DNA of 56,591 bases, the filler included, from Sphacelaria rigidula (lineage: Eukaryota): assembly GCA_964200075.2 (NCBI GenBank). It is 7 parts of 7 records of this genome, joined end to end, with 100 filler letters (N's around TTAATTAATTAA, not from the genome) between each part and the next. Parts side by side here need not be neighbours in the genome. Positions count along the whole stretch, not along the records: positions 32,398 to 40,395 come from CAXNAA020012699.1; positions 40,496 to 48,493 come from CAXNAA020012700.1; positions 48,594 to 56,591 come from CAXNAA020012701.1; 4 more parts are not named here. The stretch is one strand, 5' to 3'. The notes under the pieces were generated by a model. It did no database searches. It saw only the letters and a list, made by a program, of their open reading frames with translations, and was not told the DNA's origin. Positions 36,701 to 49,508 of the stretch are shown here, piece after piece. The stretch's first letter is position 1. Each line of letters begins with the position of its first letter. The position numbers and the translations under genes are program-made.

Positions 36701-37157
36701 AGCTGTCGTTCAGTAATTTGTCACACATGACACAATTCGAAATCTAAACCTCCCGTCGCCGCACTCTCATCCTCAACACCCTCGTTTTCACCCTGTCTTT
36801 CTTGGCTGTTTTGATTGTGTTGTGTCTTGCCCCCCAACCAACCACCGGTGCCAAATCACCGCCAGGTACGGCTCCAAAAGCGACGAGCTGTCGAACGACC
36901 AGATGTTACCTTCACCAGAAGAGCTGGCACAACTCGAGGCAGGGGAAGCCAATCCAGATTCAAATGCGCCAGACGAAAGCAACGCTGCAGGATGTAGCCC
37001 AGACACGGGTACCCCAGACGCAAGCGCCACGGACTCTAACGAGCCAGACGAGAGCACCCGAAGTGAGGAGCAAAAGGAGGATGAGAGTGAAGAAGCCGCA
37101 ATGACCGCTCTCGAGGAAGAGCAGGTAGCACAATCCACGACAGCAGCAGATGCTTGA
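33751..37157 (+). CDS. Ankyrin-repeat protein, 580 aa (exons 33751-34260, 34758-35698, 36866-37157)
   Basis: About 10 ANK repeats (GRCPIHYCA, NTALYIA, LTPMHMG, GSTVLHAA, GFTPLMRSA, GWTSLMLAA, GRTALIFAA, GITALHVAA), then RGPAFRAVSWLWP and an acidic tail; GT-AG and GC-AG introns keep frame (510+941+292 nt). Confidence 0.9.
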
Positions 37158-37382
37158 ATCAGTGGTGGACGTGCTAGCTGCTGACAAGTAGCCAAAAAGC
37201 GCCATGGCTTGTATCGAGTAGCCATCCTTGCCCCCTTCCCTCCTCTCCCTCGACAAGTCAAACGCTCCGCTCGAGTTATGGCAGCTCGAGAGCACGAATT
37301 TATTTTTATCGTGAGAGCATGGCAGCACACAGCTTGGATGTTGTTTATTTCTTCTCTGATCTCCTGTGCCCAAATATATTGC

Positions 37383-37700
37383 GTTTCTCTCAAATGCTTA
37401 GCGGTATTCCGCTCGGGTTAGGACCGTTCGAGGGCTTTTTTTATATCTGATATGGACATGTTAGTAGACAGTTGGAGTGTTCATTATGTTCCTGGTGACG
37501 TGTGTCTAAATGTGATGCGTTTCTCTTCAATGTTTAGCGGTATTCCGCTCGGGTTAGGATCGCTCGAGAGCTCGATTTTTGTGCATTGTATCTCGTGAGT
37601 ACGTATTTTTACAGTTCGAGTGTTTCTTGTTGACCCTCATTTCCTGTGCCCGAAGTATGTTGCGTTTTTCTTGGATCCGTAGCGGTATTTGTTCGCTGTC
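37383..37700. repeat. Three diverged ~140-bp tandem units
   Basis: GTTTCTCT..AATG.TTAGCGGTATTCCGCTCGGGTTAGGA recurs near 37383 and 37519, and in degraded form near 37663. Confidence 0.6.
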
Positions 37701-38189
37701 CTCTGTGGATATGGGCAGTGTGCGCCGGAGTGCGTTTATTTCACGGGCAGCACTTGCCTAGCGTGGTGGTGGTGGTGATGTGGGTGTGAATGTAGACGGA
37801 CAGGTGTGGAGGAGTTGCAACGTGTAGTACTGTTCAAGTGGAGGGGGGGGGGGCGTACAAGTCGTCAAGTCGTCAAGTGGAGGGGGGGGGGGGAGGTACA
37901 CTCGGTAGAAGTTGATCGATGATGAAGGGGAGGAAGATGATTTTGATCTCCGCTGCCTTGACTTGTGATGAATGCAGAAAAGCGCGCTTAGACGGAACTG
38001 ACCTATCCGTGAGCATTTATAGTTGTGAACGATGGGGATTTGTGTGAGCGGGAGGGGAACCTGATAGTATCCAAGAGAGTTGACGTATCGATTCGTGCGA
38101 TACGGGGGTGCAGGAGTGCTTTGTATCGCATGTGATTTTGAGGCGAGGTAGTGTAACATATGTACTGAGGGAGCCAATAGGCGTGTTAT

Positions 38190-38720
38190 GGGACTGAGGT
38201 TGCATGTGTGCGTTGCAAAAACTTTTAAATTGCTTTAGTTCGTTCTGTTGTATACTGTGTTGCCTTGTTACCTTCGGCTTGATTCTGTTGAGTTCATTAT
38301 ATATATATATATTGCGTACAATTTGGTTTTGTGAAATGGTGCTCGCTGTACACACGATGCTGTGAAGGTTGCGGGGTACTCTAGAACGTTGCGCCCCCCG
38401 AGTAGACGAAGAAAGTAGGGGAAAAGACACCACATTTTTCTGGTCAAAGAAAATGGTGGAAAAATCTGATTGGTCGGAAACCCGCGATCGATATGTTGTG
38501 TCTTTCATGGCAAAATACCCCTCTCTCCAGGCATGGTGTATGTGATCATGGTTATACATCGATGGAGTGTCCTTGACCAATCGGATCGCTCCAAAATATT
38601 CACCTTTTTTCCTTCTCTCTGCGGCTGTATCTGCCAGAAAGATTGTGTTATTTCTGTACAGGGCCATGCACTGTTTTTTAACCCCCTGGTGCTTGGTATG
38701 ATCGATGTGTCAAATGTCTC
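38190..38720 (-). pseudogene. Highly decayed Penelope-like reverse transcriptase fragment
   Basis: KQCMALYRNNTIFLAD (cf. Q..G.PMGTN.A..LA), then SFPLLSS and LKQFKSFCNAH, in the order expected for a PLE RT C-terminal half; weak. Confidence 0.35.
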
Positions 38721-40035
38721 CCTTGTTGAGTTTGTTACTGGCAATTTATCGCAGCGGCTCTGATATATGTCTAGTGGTGTAGTGTTGGGCGCCAATGACG
38801 TGTTGTCGCGGTGTCATGATCGATGATCGCCACCAATCAGCTGTCACGTTCTTGTGCATGAGCGCTAACTTGATACACGCCTGCGGGTGCCCGTTCGACT
38901 ATTTTTGAATCTGCATGCCCTGTGCCTTTTGTTGGAACAACACCCATCATTATGGTTTTCGCGTGTCACGACAGTGCGTCTGGTCCCGTGGCAGAGTAAT
39001 GCCGAGGAACCCCCCCCCAAGCCATCCCCCAGCCACCCCAAAACTGTCATGAAGAAAATAGTCGTACGGCGCATGATAGTTGGTTTCAGACTATGTGGAC
39101 CCCCTCATATGGGCGACATTGGCGAGAACAATCCCAAGCATAGAACTCCCCAGCTGCTCAGTGTGCTCGGTCTTGTCATTTCGATTTTACCTGTAGATTT
39201 TTACTCCTCAAACTAGCCACGTGTTATGGGGAGGGGGTCCATCGCGGCATCAGTCGGCATAGGCACGAAAGAGCTTTACCACGGTACACGCATTGTCGGA
39301 GCTTGTTTAGCCAGATCAACCCTCCCCCCCCCCCCCCCCCCCCCCTCCCCTCTTTTTTCCTTTTTTCCTTTTCGTCGGTTTGTGGCTTTTNNNNNNNNNN
39401 AGCCGAAAAAGGCAGACAAGTGGTAGGCGGGGGTGGACCACCGGGGGGTGCTTGTCCAACCAAATGAAGAGGCCCCCCCCCCCATTTTTTTCTCTGCGTT
39501 TTTTTTTGCGGTAACCATGATGGTGGTCGAGCTACTGTAGATCGTATTGTGCGGAGTGGAGAGATCATGCTGCTCAGTGTTTAAATGATGAGACACCCAG
39601 GAGGCAGTGTGGAACCCGTGGTATCGCTGGAAGTGTCGGTGCCAGAATATGAAGCAGCTCGTTGCAGGCTGCCACTCATATCCAAGATAATCAGTACGCT
39701 TCGGGCCGACCAATCTTAGCACGATGCAGCTTCCCCTCCATGCGACCCGCCGAGCGCATCACGACGCTTCGCGCTTGGTGATTGATTGCAAGCCTGGTTC
39801 GGCGAAAACCCGGCATGCTCCGTGCAGGCGTTGCAGGGATGCGAGGTCAGCGATCTTATGACTACGGTGTGCAAGATCATGAGTACCCCCCCCCCGCCCC
39901 TTTTTCCATTGACGTGACTGATTTGATTTGATTGTGGCACATTTGCCAATCCCCGAGGGGTACGGCGATGATGGTCAACCTGAACGAAGCGGGAACACTC
40001 GCGGATGCTCTATATCAATAGAGAGTTTCGGAAAA

Positions 40036-40395
40036 AGCAATGCTACGGTAGGGGTTCACTTTTTGCGCAAAATCTTGTCTGATGCAGGGACTCCCAACGA
40101 TTCTAGATGCACAAAAATATGGATCAGGGCATCCCCGTCTGCGAATTCATTCGGGATTTTCCTAGCACATTGGAATAGAAATCTTGGCGTACTATCCCAT
40201 ATTTTATAGGTCGTGTTTTGGATGAGATGAAGGGCTCCTAACAATTTTAACCTCGGAAAATGTTTGTGCACCCCCTACCGTAGCATCACACAAAACTGCG
40301 TTTTCGTCTTTTCAGAGTGGAAATATATCGAAGTGATGCTACGGTAGGGGTACACAAATAATTTCTGAGGTTAGAATTGTTGAGAGCCCCTTATC
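40036..40395. mobile_element. MITE (40036-40290) plus the start of a second copy (40332-40395)
   Basis: TIR ATGCTACGGTAGGGG...CCCCTACCGTAGCAT. Confidence 0.75.
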
Positions 40396-40574
40396 NNNNN
40401 NNNNNNNNNNNNNNNNNNNNNNNNNNNNNNNNNNNNNNNTTAATTAATTAANNNNNNNNNNNNNNNNNNNNNNNNNNNNNNNNNNNNNNNNNNNNTGTTT
40501 TAGGCTTGAACCTCATCTCGAAGTTAAACATCGATTCGCACAATTTGTTGTTAGATGTAGGTCCCAGTCATTTT

Positions 40575-42140
40575 GGCGGTCACTGACAACCATAGAGAGC
40601 ATCTCGGTCATGGTGTGGTTATCTCTTTCGGTACCACCGTTACCGTACAGGTGGTAGGCGGTATTTGCAATTTTGCGGATGCCCAGGAGCTTGTAAAGCT
40701 CATCAGAGAGATCTGATCAAAATTGCTGACCATAGTCTGAGAGGAGTCGCTTTGGGCAGCCGGAGTGCTTAATGTAGTCGTGGACCAATATGTCGGCCGT
40801 TCTGGCGGCAGTGAAATCTGCGGCGGTTGCCGCGTACATGAACGCGTGACGGGTGAAGCGGTCAGTGAAGAGTAAAATGTAGGTGTTGCCGCGACCTGTG
40901 GTCGGTAGAGGGCCAAAGTAGTCAAATGACACAAGGTGGCCTGGCTCGTTGGAGAGTCCCATAGAGATTACGGGCCAGCGTACTGTCTGCCGTGAAGTCT
41001 TTCGGGCTTGTCATTTGAAGCATCGCCGAATCCAGAAGCGGGTGGAAATTTTCATGCCAACCCACCAGTAGAAGATTTTGCCTCTCAAAACCGTGCACTT
41101 TTGGGGGGGGGTCTATCGTAAAAAGTGTCCTTTACACACGAGCTCGTATACGTGAGAAATAACTGGTGGTGGCAGTGTGCCAACCGGGGCCAGAAGGGCG
41201 GATGGAAAAGGGACTGGACAGTCAAGTTATAAGTACCGGATGGCTGCGCGACATAGCGGTTCCGCGTTTTGTTCGCGAGCCCAATCGCGGTGAGAGTAGC
41301 TGGCGAGAAACTCGCGTTCTTGACCTTCCGCTGGCGAGCCAACCAAACATGGTGCGGCAGGCAGCGGGAGGATAGGCGACGGGGCAGAAATGCCGACGTC
41401 AATATCTATCCCGGGAGCAGGAGCCGAGTCGTCAGCTCCGTGCTCGGGAGCGGTAGATGTTGGCGGCGCCGTTATGGGCGGCGGGGCTGTATCAGTGCGC
41501 GGCAAAGATTGTTCGCGGCGCGTAGTGCACGTTGCAGAAGGTTTCGCGGAGCGTTGCGTGCTGGTCCGGGGAACGTGTGCTGCGTGGCTCGTGGAATTTG
41601 CAGGTGTTATCGGTGGCGGCGGGGCACTCGGGGTGCGGGCGGCAGACTGGCAGCGCGTGTTGTCGGAGATTAGGTGGGTGACTGGAGGTGTCTCCGCGGA
41701 GAGCTTCGCGCGAGTGCCGAAAGTGCGGAAATCGACAAAATCGGAGGTGGTGGGCTTTAACCCACCCAAGACGGCGACATATGGTAGAGGGCGAGGTCCT
41801 CCCATATGCATACCGGTTTCCGGGCACTGGAGGTCACGGGCGTAAACAGGCGTTGAAAAACGTCCAATCGCGTAAGTTCCACGTTCATCGGGTTCCGTTG
41901 AACGGCAAGCCGGGCTTTAATCTGTGGCCGTAGGCGGCAGGGGTAGGCGACAAAGAAGACTAGCGTTGGTTTTGCCTGGACGGCGCTTAATGGTACACTG
42001 GTATGTTGTTAGAAACCCCAACCATCGCTGTACACGCGGGTTGTGTTCGCCACCCTCGGCGAGTTGTTCGAGTGCCCCAGGATCCGTATAGATCTCGAAG
42101 GGCATGTAAAACAATTGTTGTCGAAGGCGCTTAACCGTTT
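40575..42140 (-). pseudogene. Ty3/Gypsy RNase H-integrase remnant of a second family
   Basis: FEIYTDPGAL...RVQRWLGFLTTYQCTIKRRPGKTN (RNase H); FYWWVGM, VSFDYFGPLP, TDRFTR, RLLSDYGQQF, TAYH..GNGGTER (integrase); stops present. Confidence 0.88.
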
Positions 42141-43551
42141 TGGGACCGTGCCTCCAGAACGACCAATGAGGTTGGTCAGGAATGACGTGTCTGGCGTCTG
42201 CACGAAACAGTGGCATGTTTCTGAAAATCCGCGTTTGCAACCGCAGGGATATGACAAAGACCGAAAGTTCCAATCTATTTTCAGGTGCAGGGTACGCCTT
42301 AGGTGGTGTACATCTGATGTAGCAAGCAGTATGGGTCGTGGCAAAGAGCTTCCAACAGGATGCAACGACCGGCGGGCCGCCCGCCACTTGTGGCTTTGGA
42401 TGACACTTTTGTCCCCATCACCTTGCCACAAAGCCCCTTGTGGTCGGGGTGGGTCGCAATTTCCCACCTTGTTGCATGCGGCAAATTCTCTTCCAACGGT
42501 ATTAGCGTTGCGGCGCGCATGCATACAACAATATAGTACGGTAGAGTCTAGTATGCCTCTCCGACTGGAGCAGCAGCTGCCGCTGCATACTCCTTTGCAC
42601 GTTCTGGGCACTTCTCAGCTACCGAGATCAGCTGTCAATATACAGCTTTGTCATCCCCGTCCACAACATACATGTGGACTGCACACTGCAAGTCATCCGC
42701 AGAGGGATACGCAGAATTCATGAAGATAGCTCCTTTTGTCTTTCCACAGCCCACCTGGATTTCGTGCCTCGTTAAAATGACCACATGGTGGCATGTACAC
42801 TCCTTCCCGGTTTTTCCCGGCCCGCCCTGTGTTTGTGTAAATTACTACGTTTTAGTAAAGAATTGGGACCCCAAAAACACTCCGGAAAAAGTCGGTAACT
42901 GTATACTTAGAGCAAGTAATACCATAAAACCAAGCTGCGACCACCCTGCACTTAGAAACCTGGGGAGGCTTATCTGGGCCAGGGATAGGGCCCCCACACG
43001 ATCTTTGCAGTGGCATTACAATCGACAATCCCCGCGCTGATCGTTCGGGTCTGGTCGATAAATTTCGCCTCGCCGTGATTGGGCAGGTCCCTCGAAGTCA
43101 TATTTTTTAATATTTCACCAACACAGGGTCAACCCTGTGTTAGTGGGGGAATTCAGGGCGGTTCGAAATTTCAGCACGGAAAAGATAATGTCATGACTTC
43201 ACAGAACAAAAAAAAGAAGATGTGGTTGATTCCGTGAAGAATTTTCAACTTGCGTGCAGAAGATGCTCGTAGTTTTTCGGCTCAAAACTCGTGAAATTGA
43301 GCTGCGCTTTTAAACTTTCGTGTGACACCGCTGGGCCCCCGGCCTTCCAAGTGATACCGAAGACTCAAGGTGCGGAGGTCACGAGTTCGAATCCCAACAA
43401 ATACTCCTAGCAGAATCTGGTGCCGTTGTTGAGGCTATATTTTATGCAGTACACTTCTGTCGTCTTGTTGTCTTTCGCGGCAGAGCGTGCATCAGCAGGT
43501 TGGTCTGCAATTCACAGCGATATACTCATATAGGGCTGATTCGGGAAAACT

Positions 43552-43691
43552 CCACACCCTGGACATTGAATTTTATTGTAAAAAAATGTACTGCGTACAG
43601 TATGGAAGCTATCGTCCATTGCAATAGGCACAATAGCCGATACTGTACGCAGTACAATTTTTCACCATGTATCCTTTGGTCCAGGGTGTGG
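43552..43691. mobile_element. 140-bp hairpin MITE
   Basis: CCACACCCTGGAC...GTCCAGGGTGTGG flanked by AAAACT on both sides; inner stem GTACTGCGTACAGTAT/ATACTGTACGCAGTAC. Confidence 0.8.
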
Positions 43692-43778
43692 AAAACTCAA
43701 GCAGTTATCGTGTGGCCGGGGTATGCGCGTTTACAGGCGCGTTTTAGGCTGGTCCAGCTCGTAGCTTCATTTTTTCAC

Positions 43779-46700
43779 CTGACGGTCATTGGACGTTTCT
43801 CTCTCCCGCGCGAGCGACCTCTCCGCTTCGACCAGACGCTGCTGAAGCTCTCCGGCTGCCAGTCCCGCCTGGATCTTAGCGCTCTCGTGCTCTCGTAACA
43901 ACGAAGTTACCTGCGTGCGTGTCATATTTCCATGTGTCGTGTTCCGCTGTGATACATTCCGACATTTAATATTCAGACGACGTGTAATATTTTACCGTGA
44001 AATATTCTGACCGTCATATTTTGATGTGTAGTGTTTCGATGCGTCATATTCCAATGTGTGCGTACGTGTCACGACACAACAAAGGTTTTACCTAAGTGGT
44101 CAGGGGAGGCAAGCAACAAAGAACGTTCACGGATGATGACCACGTGGGGGGGAGGCAGACACGGACACAGCCAACAAGACAAAAAAGAGTGAGATACAGA
44201 CCTACGTGTCACGAAAAAGATAGGGAAGCATGGGGTGTGGGGTGTGGGGTATGGAGTGGGGAGCGGGTAGTGGGAGAGAGGCAAATAGATGAGAGGAAGA
44301 AACAGAGCAACACACAAAAGAGAGGAGAGCAGTTCGCATGACCACTGTTCATTATGAGGCGTCTACGCAGAATGAGTGCGTGGAGGAAGTGTGTGGTTTA
44401 TGCACCTGAGCCTGCAGGGCTTGAACCTGAGTTTTGCTGGAGGATAGTTCCGACTGGTAGGCGTCTCGCTCGGCCTCCGCCTTCTCGATCGCCTCTCTCA
44501 TGCCGTCAACACGTTTGGACACCGTCTACTCCTCCCCCACGCCCACCCCAGAGCCGATGAACGATTGAAAAAAAAGCGAGTTTTCACAGCGACAGCAGCA
44601 AAAACAAGTCAAAACAGCGTCAAAAGCATCAAAAACAGCAAGAATACCATAAGTCGGACAACTAACCCATGAGTTAACTCAGTTATGTTCAATAATTTTC
44701 CCAGCCAGGATATGCACCGCTGAGCTTTTTTGCTATAACTGACAGGTGAGTTTACGGAGAAAGAGTGAACTGGAGTTCATCTGAGTTGAGCTATCTGACG
44801 TGTAAGAAAAGCTAGCACCGGAAACGATACAGCGCTACGAGCTGGGCCAGCCGAGGAGCGATTCTGTAGTTTGCAGGCCCATTATACGGCCAATACTTGG
44901 AGTTGAACCCTGAAATTTGGTATGGACAATAAGTAGGGCATAATAAAACAAATTACTAGCGCACACAAGTTTGTTTGTTTTTTTCCGTGAGTTGGGGGCA
45001 TTTTACCGATATCTGAAAACTGATTATTGCCCCCAACTCATGAAAAAAAAAAACTTGTGTACGCTGGTAATTTGTTTTATCATGCCCTTCTCATTGTCCA
45101 TACCAAATTTCAGGGTCCAACTCCGAGTATTAGCCGTATAATGGGCCGTTTAGTGACAGGGTCAGAAGAATTCGGAACAGTATTTTGCAGGCCATTTACC
45201 GGCCCACGTTTGGTGTTCATGTATTCAAGCTTTGTGTGGGGCGTGGCTAGGGCATTATCAACAGAACGAAGTGAGTTAGGTCGTTTTTTTCATTGGTTTA
45301 GGGCGTTCAAGTCTGGTGAAGACCATTTTTTCACGAGAACGCCTGACCCTCTCAAAAAAAAAAAATGAAGGCCCATTAATTTTTTATTTTTGCATTCCTT
45401 TGTGGTCCTCCATGCTGAATTTCAAACTACAATTCTAAAGTTTGACCAACAAAATTGAATCATGGCCCAAAAGCAGTGTTCATTTCTCCTTAAAACTGCC
45501 CCAAAAACCCGAAAAAAATGAAAAAAAAACGAACAAATGGAAAAAGCTGTGTTCAAAGTTATTATGCACTAGCGGTTCTCCATACGAAATTTCATGGGAT
45601 AACTCTCAAAAACTGAGACGCGATATCCAGGTTCAGCTAATCTAGCGCATCTGCTCGTAATATACTGATTCTAATGTATAAACTCAAGTGCGCCATATCT
45701 CGAGATAGATTACGAATTGGGTGAAGGTGAGGATATCTATCGTCTCCTCGTGCTCCAGGGAATGTCCACACCAAAATTCGTCATCCCCTGAATACATCGA
45801 TCGGGGGTTTCATAGAGATTTTGGTATGGACGCTATCTCCCTCAGGTTCAGAAATTACTGGACATGGGATTTACTCAACGAGAAAATATAGGCCCAAAAT
45901 TTTGAGCAGATGGGCACCTTCCCCTTGGTGAGACGATTAATACAATATGCGGACCATGACCCAACTCGTCCGTGTCGACGAGATATTGCTCTGAGAGCTT
46001 GAATCCGTGTCTAGGCTGGCCCAGCTCGTATAATACGGTCATTGGCAACATCAAAACCATCACAATCGCAGCCACCCGGTAAAACGACGCAAAAACGACG
46101 TGAAATTCAGGGGGGCTCTCATTTCATTCAACTGTTTCACCCAATTATGGCGTGATGTTACGTTGTACAACCTCCTCTATCCCCGCGCAGAGACAGCGCG
46201 AAGAATAAAAACACGTACACAAAGACACGCATACATACAATCCTTCATCCTTCGCTACAGAGAACACCTGAAAATCTCAATTCATGAACACGTGTGAACA
46301 AATATCCAAAACTTACGACAATTCCACAAGAGCTTGTGCCTAGGACGCCAACCCCCTTTTGATTTGGCAACACCAAGAGAAAACTGCTACTTTTACGTGA
46401 ACTCCACAACGTCCCCTTTTCGAATCCAGGCCCCATCACCCCTCTTTTTTACCCATAAACGTGCACAAGGCAGTACACACGAAAAACACCGATGCAACAA
46501 ACCCCTAGAGTATGACAAACGTGTCTCCCATACACGACGCAAGGGAACACTTTTTTCTTCGTTAACTTGTCGCACTTTCAACCCTTCCCATTCCTCGGGA
46601 CGAGTCCATGGTCCCAAGGGATCGACACATCTCCCCCTCGGTAAACGCCTTGCATTTTGGTCTCGCAGATTGGGTCATGACTATCAGTACTCCCGAACCG

Positions 46701-47281
46701 CGTCAACTCTCGTCAAACAAACTCAGTCGACTACTTTGTTCACGCGCGTTCTCACGCTTTCCACGGTGGAAGTCATTCACTGCGAATAAAAAATCCGATG
46801 CATCGGCAATCCAACGCTCGTTCTCTCCACCCTGATGACGACAGTCGGACGATTACACCACCGAGGCGCGGCGACAACTTTTGTATTCCGAAAGCCGAAA
46901 CTAACAAACTTTCGAGAGTTGTCCACCCATCACTACCGCATCGAAGGTCCCAAAACACACACATATATATCTACGCACGAACTGAACATTCGAGTATAAC
47001 CCACGTACATGCACACGCGCGCGCGCACGCGCGCATACATACAACCTGAGGTTCTTGTACGCTATTGGGGAGAGGTGTTGGTGCGACAAGTAACAACGAT
47101 GGAAGATAAATTCATCGATCGATAACTCCTTGCGAACGCGTCGTAGACCGCTTGAGACATCAATGCGGTTGACACAGCGGTAGCTGAAGTAGTCGTGTCT
47201 TGTTATTTCATGCCCATGCTACTGCTGCCGGCTGCTAACTCAGGCTGGTCTTCCATGCTTTTTTCGCTCTACTTGGTAACT

Positions 47282-47319
<38 letters not shown>

Positions 47320-47900
47320 GTGTTGTCGCCCCATCTATTCTGGACGCTGGTCAACACCATTCGGTACATGTGGACGCATCAGCCGGTGTCACACAGGAGG
47401 AGGGTCAACACAGGAGCTTCTTTTAAATTATATTCTAGTGCTCTACCTTCCTTCTGCGGCGCTTGCCTTCATTTTTTATCGCGAGAGGGGTTCAGCAGTC
47501 CTTTTTCCTCGTCGACCGTGAAGTCGAATCTTGTGTACCCACGACGTAGTCGCTCTTGACTGTTGTTGGGCATGGTGTGAGAAAAATTTGAGATCGCTCC
47601 GAGAATTGAACCCACGATCCAACCGTCAGATGGTTTCGAAGTTACCAACTGAGCCACCGGGGCGACCATAATAGCTGCAGAAAACTAAACACATACGCAG
47701 ACACAGAATACAGAGCAACGAACCTCGTTAGTCTCCATGACCGCAACGCGAAGGCCAGCATTGGCATCTGTTTCGCTTTGCAGCCTCATCTTCGTCTCGC
47801 CGTGCTCGGCTACTTCCTTCTCCAGCTTGGACGCCAGCTCAGTCACCTTGGCTCCGGAGCTAGACGCCTCTTCCACCACGGAGGCCAAGTCAAGCTTCGC
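43779..47900 (-). CDS. Coiled-coil protein, two internal exons (47900-47724, 43910-43779)
   Basis: Phase-0 AG/GT exons AKLDLASVVEEASSSGAKVTELASKLEKEVAEHGETKMRL... and VTSLLREHESAKIQAGLAAGELQQRLVEAERSLARERE...; heptad-like composition. Confidence 0.6.
44838..46028. mobile_element. Non-autonomous Tc1/mariner-like element, 1191 bp
   Basis: TA-CGAGCTGGGCCAGCC...GGCTGGCCCAGCTCG-TA; no transposase ORF; internal ~270-bp hairpin at 44876-45147. Confidence 0.8.
46590..46871 (-). mobile_element. SINE family A, copy 3
   Basis: Colinear with 1-267. Confidence 0.8.
47287..47667 (-). mobile_element. tRNA-derived SINE family B, apparently full length, with (CA)n tail
   Basis: Head GGTGGCTCAGTTGG (A box)...GGTTCAATTC (B box), unique body, CA microsatellite tail. 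Confidence 0.8.
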
Positions 47901-49316
47901 CTGGTTATCAGGTCAAAAAAAGAAGCCCGACACTCAGGCATACCGCGAGCTGTGCATACCGTACGCAGGTGACAGTGAAACAAGGCCACAAGTCCTCCAC
48001 ACACACTTGCGGCGCCTTGCCTTACCCCGCCTTCCCTTGCCTTGTCCTCTCTCGACTCGTTTGGTATGTCGACCTGTGGAGTATCCCTATTTGGCCTCCT
48101 TGACCTCGTCCGGCCCGCATACCATGTAACCGACGATTCTTCTCATTTTCTTCCTTGTACTCTTGAGTCGCACGTACATTTTCGCGAATTTATTTTATTT
48201 TCACGCTAACGTATTTGTAGGACCCCGTCCTGCGGGGCACAGTGTTTTTCATGTTCGTGGGCGCATCATCTACTTTCCTTGTACTCTGTTCTTGTGCCAC
48301 GGCTTTGCGACCAGGGGTACTGGACTTCTGGGAAAGGCCTAATGCGAGAAACAAAAAAACAACTTGTGGGGAGGATTTTCACCTTTTTTTATACGAGTGC
48401 AAATATCCACTTTGACCCCCCCCCCCCACACACACACATTATTCGTGAACCTCTTCGACTGCGTGTTTTGTCACGAGAAGAGTTTTCCTTTTCNNNNNNN
48501 NNNNNNNNNNNNNNNNNNNNNNNNNNNNNNNNNNNNNTTAATTAATTAANNNNNNNNNNNNNNNNNNNNNNNNNNNNNNNNNNNNNNNNNNNNCGGCATG
48601 TTTGATCACGTTTCCGCCCCCCGCCCCCCCCCCCCCGGTCCGCCGAAAACCCGGCGTGCTCCGTCCTGGCTTTGTAGGGATGCGAGGTCAATGGTCTTAC
48701 GACTAAAGCATGCATGATAATGTGTACCCCCCCCGCCCCCCAGCGAGCACAATATGTTTGTTGTTCCGTTGAGTTGTTTGGGAGTCACCCCAACGCAGAA
48801 CATTGTTTTCTGGCGGGGGGGGGAGGGGGGGGGGCAACTTGGCATGATTTAGGTTGCATCATATACAGCTGCATGAAATCCCGTCGAGATATTTCATGCC
48901 TTCCGTAGGATATGCTTCTTGCCGCGGCACTTTTCATGCCATATACCGTGCCGAGCAAAGCGGGAGAGGTTTTGCTCGCTCGCTGCGCTCATGTCCCCCC
49001 GGTTCGCTGAGGAAATTATGTCTATAATGCACGTGTGGGGGAGGGTGTTTCATTTGCTGGTCAAGACACGCTTACGAGATGTCTGCCGTGGTAGGCTACA
49101 GACTGTGATCCAACCTCCTTTTGGACCGAAAAATAGCCATCATTCAGGGGGTGGGAAAACTGCTTTTGCAAAAGCGAAAATAATAGCCGGGAGTGACGCT
49201 TCTGAGTCAGGGGAGTCAAGCCAACCAACACGCAAGTTATCCGCACCTCATCCGCTTCTGCTCTCGATTGCCTCCTCGGTGACCGAACTCATGACTCACA
49301 TCGGACTATGTTCCAG

Positions 49317-49508
49317 CGCACACAAGAATATCACATTCGCACGTCGGAGCGCCTGAAGAGCTTGGAGACGGCCATTGTGGCCAGTTTGGAACGCATGGAC
49401 TCAATAATGCAGCAGCACTCAGCCGCGGGTGGCAGTGTGCCGGGCGATCCAGGTTCTGGGGTACCAGGTGGTGGTCCGGCGGGGCATGCTCGAATGCCAG
49501 TTTATTAG
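49317..49508 (+). CDS. Probable terminal exon of an unknown gene
   Basis: TTCCAG acceptor, then RTQEYHIRTSERLKSLETAIVASLERMDSIMQQ...MPVY*; followed by a long G/T-skewed non-coding tract. Confidence 0.55.
   Translation, partial: RTQEYHIRTSERLKSLETAIVASLERMDSIMQQHSAAGGSVPGDPGSGVPGGGPAGHARMPVY

Noticed and set aside
33751..37157. Endogenous phaeovirus origin of the ankyrin gene
   Set aside because: It has spliceosomal introns, neighbours SmE, and no viral core genes are in the contig.
41227..42723. Several long overlapping ORFs on both strands
   Set aside because: GC-rich shadows of the Gypsy pol remnant and its flank; no independent coding signal.
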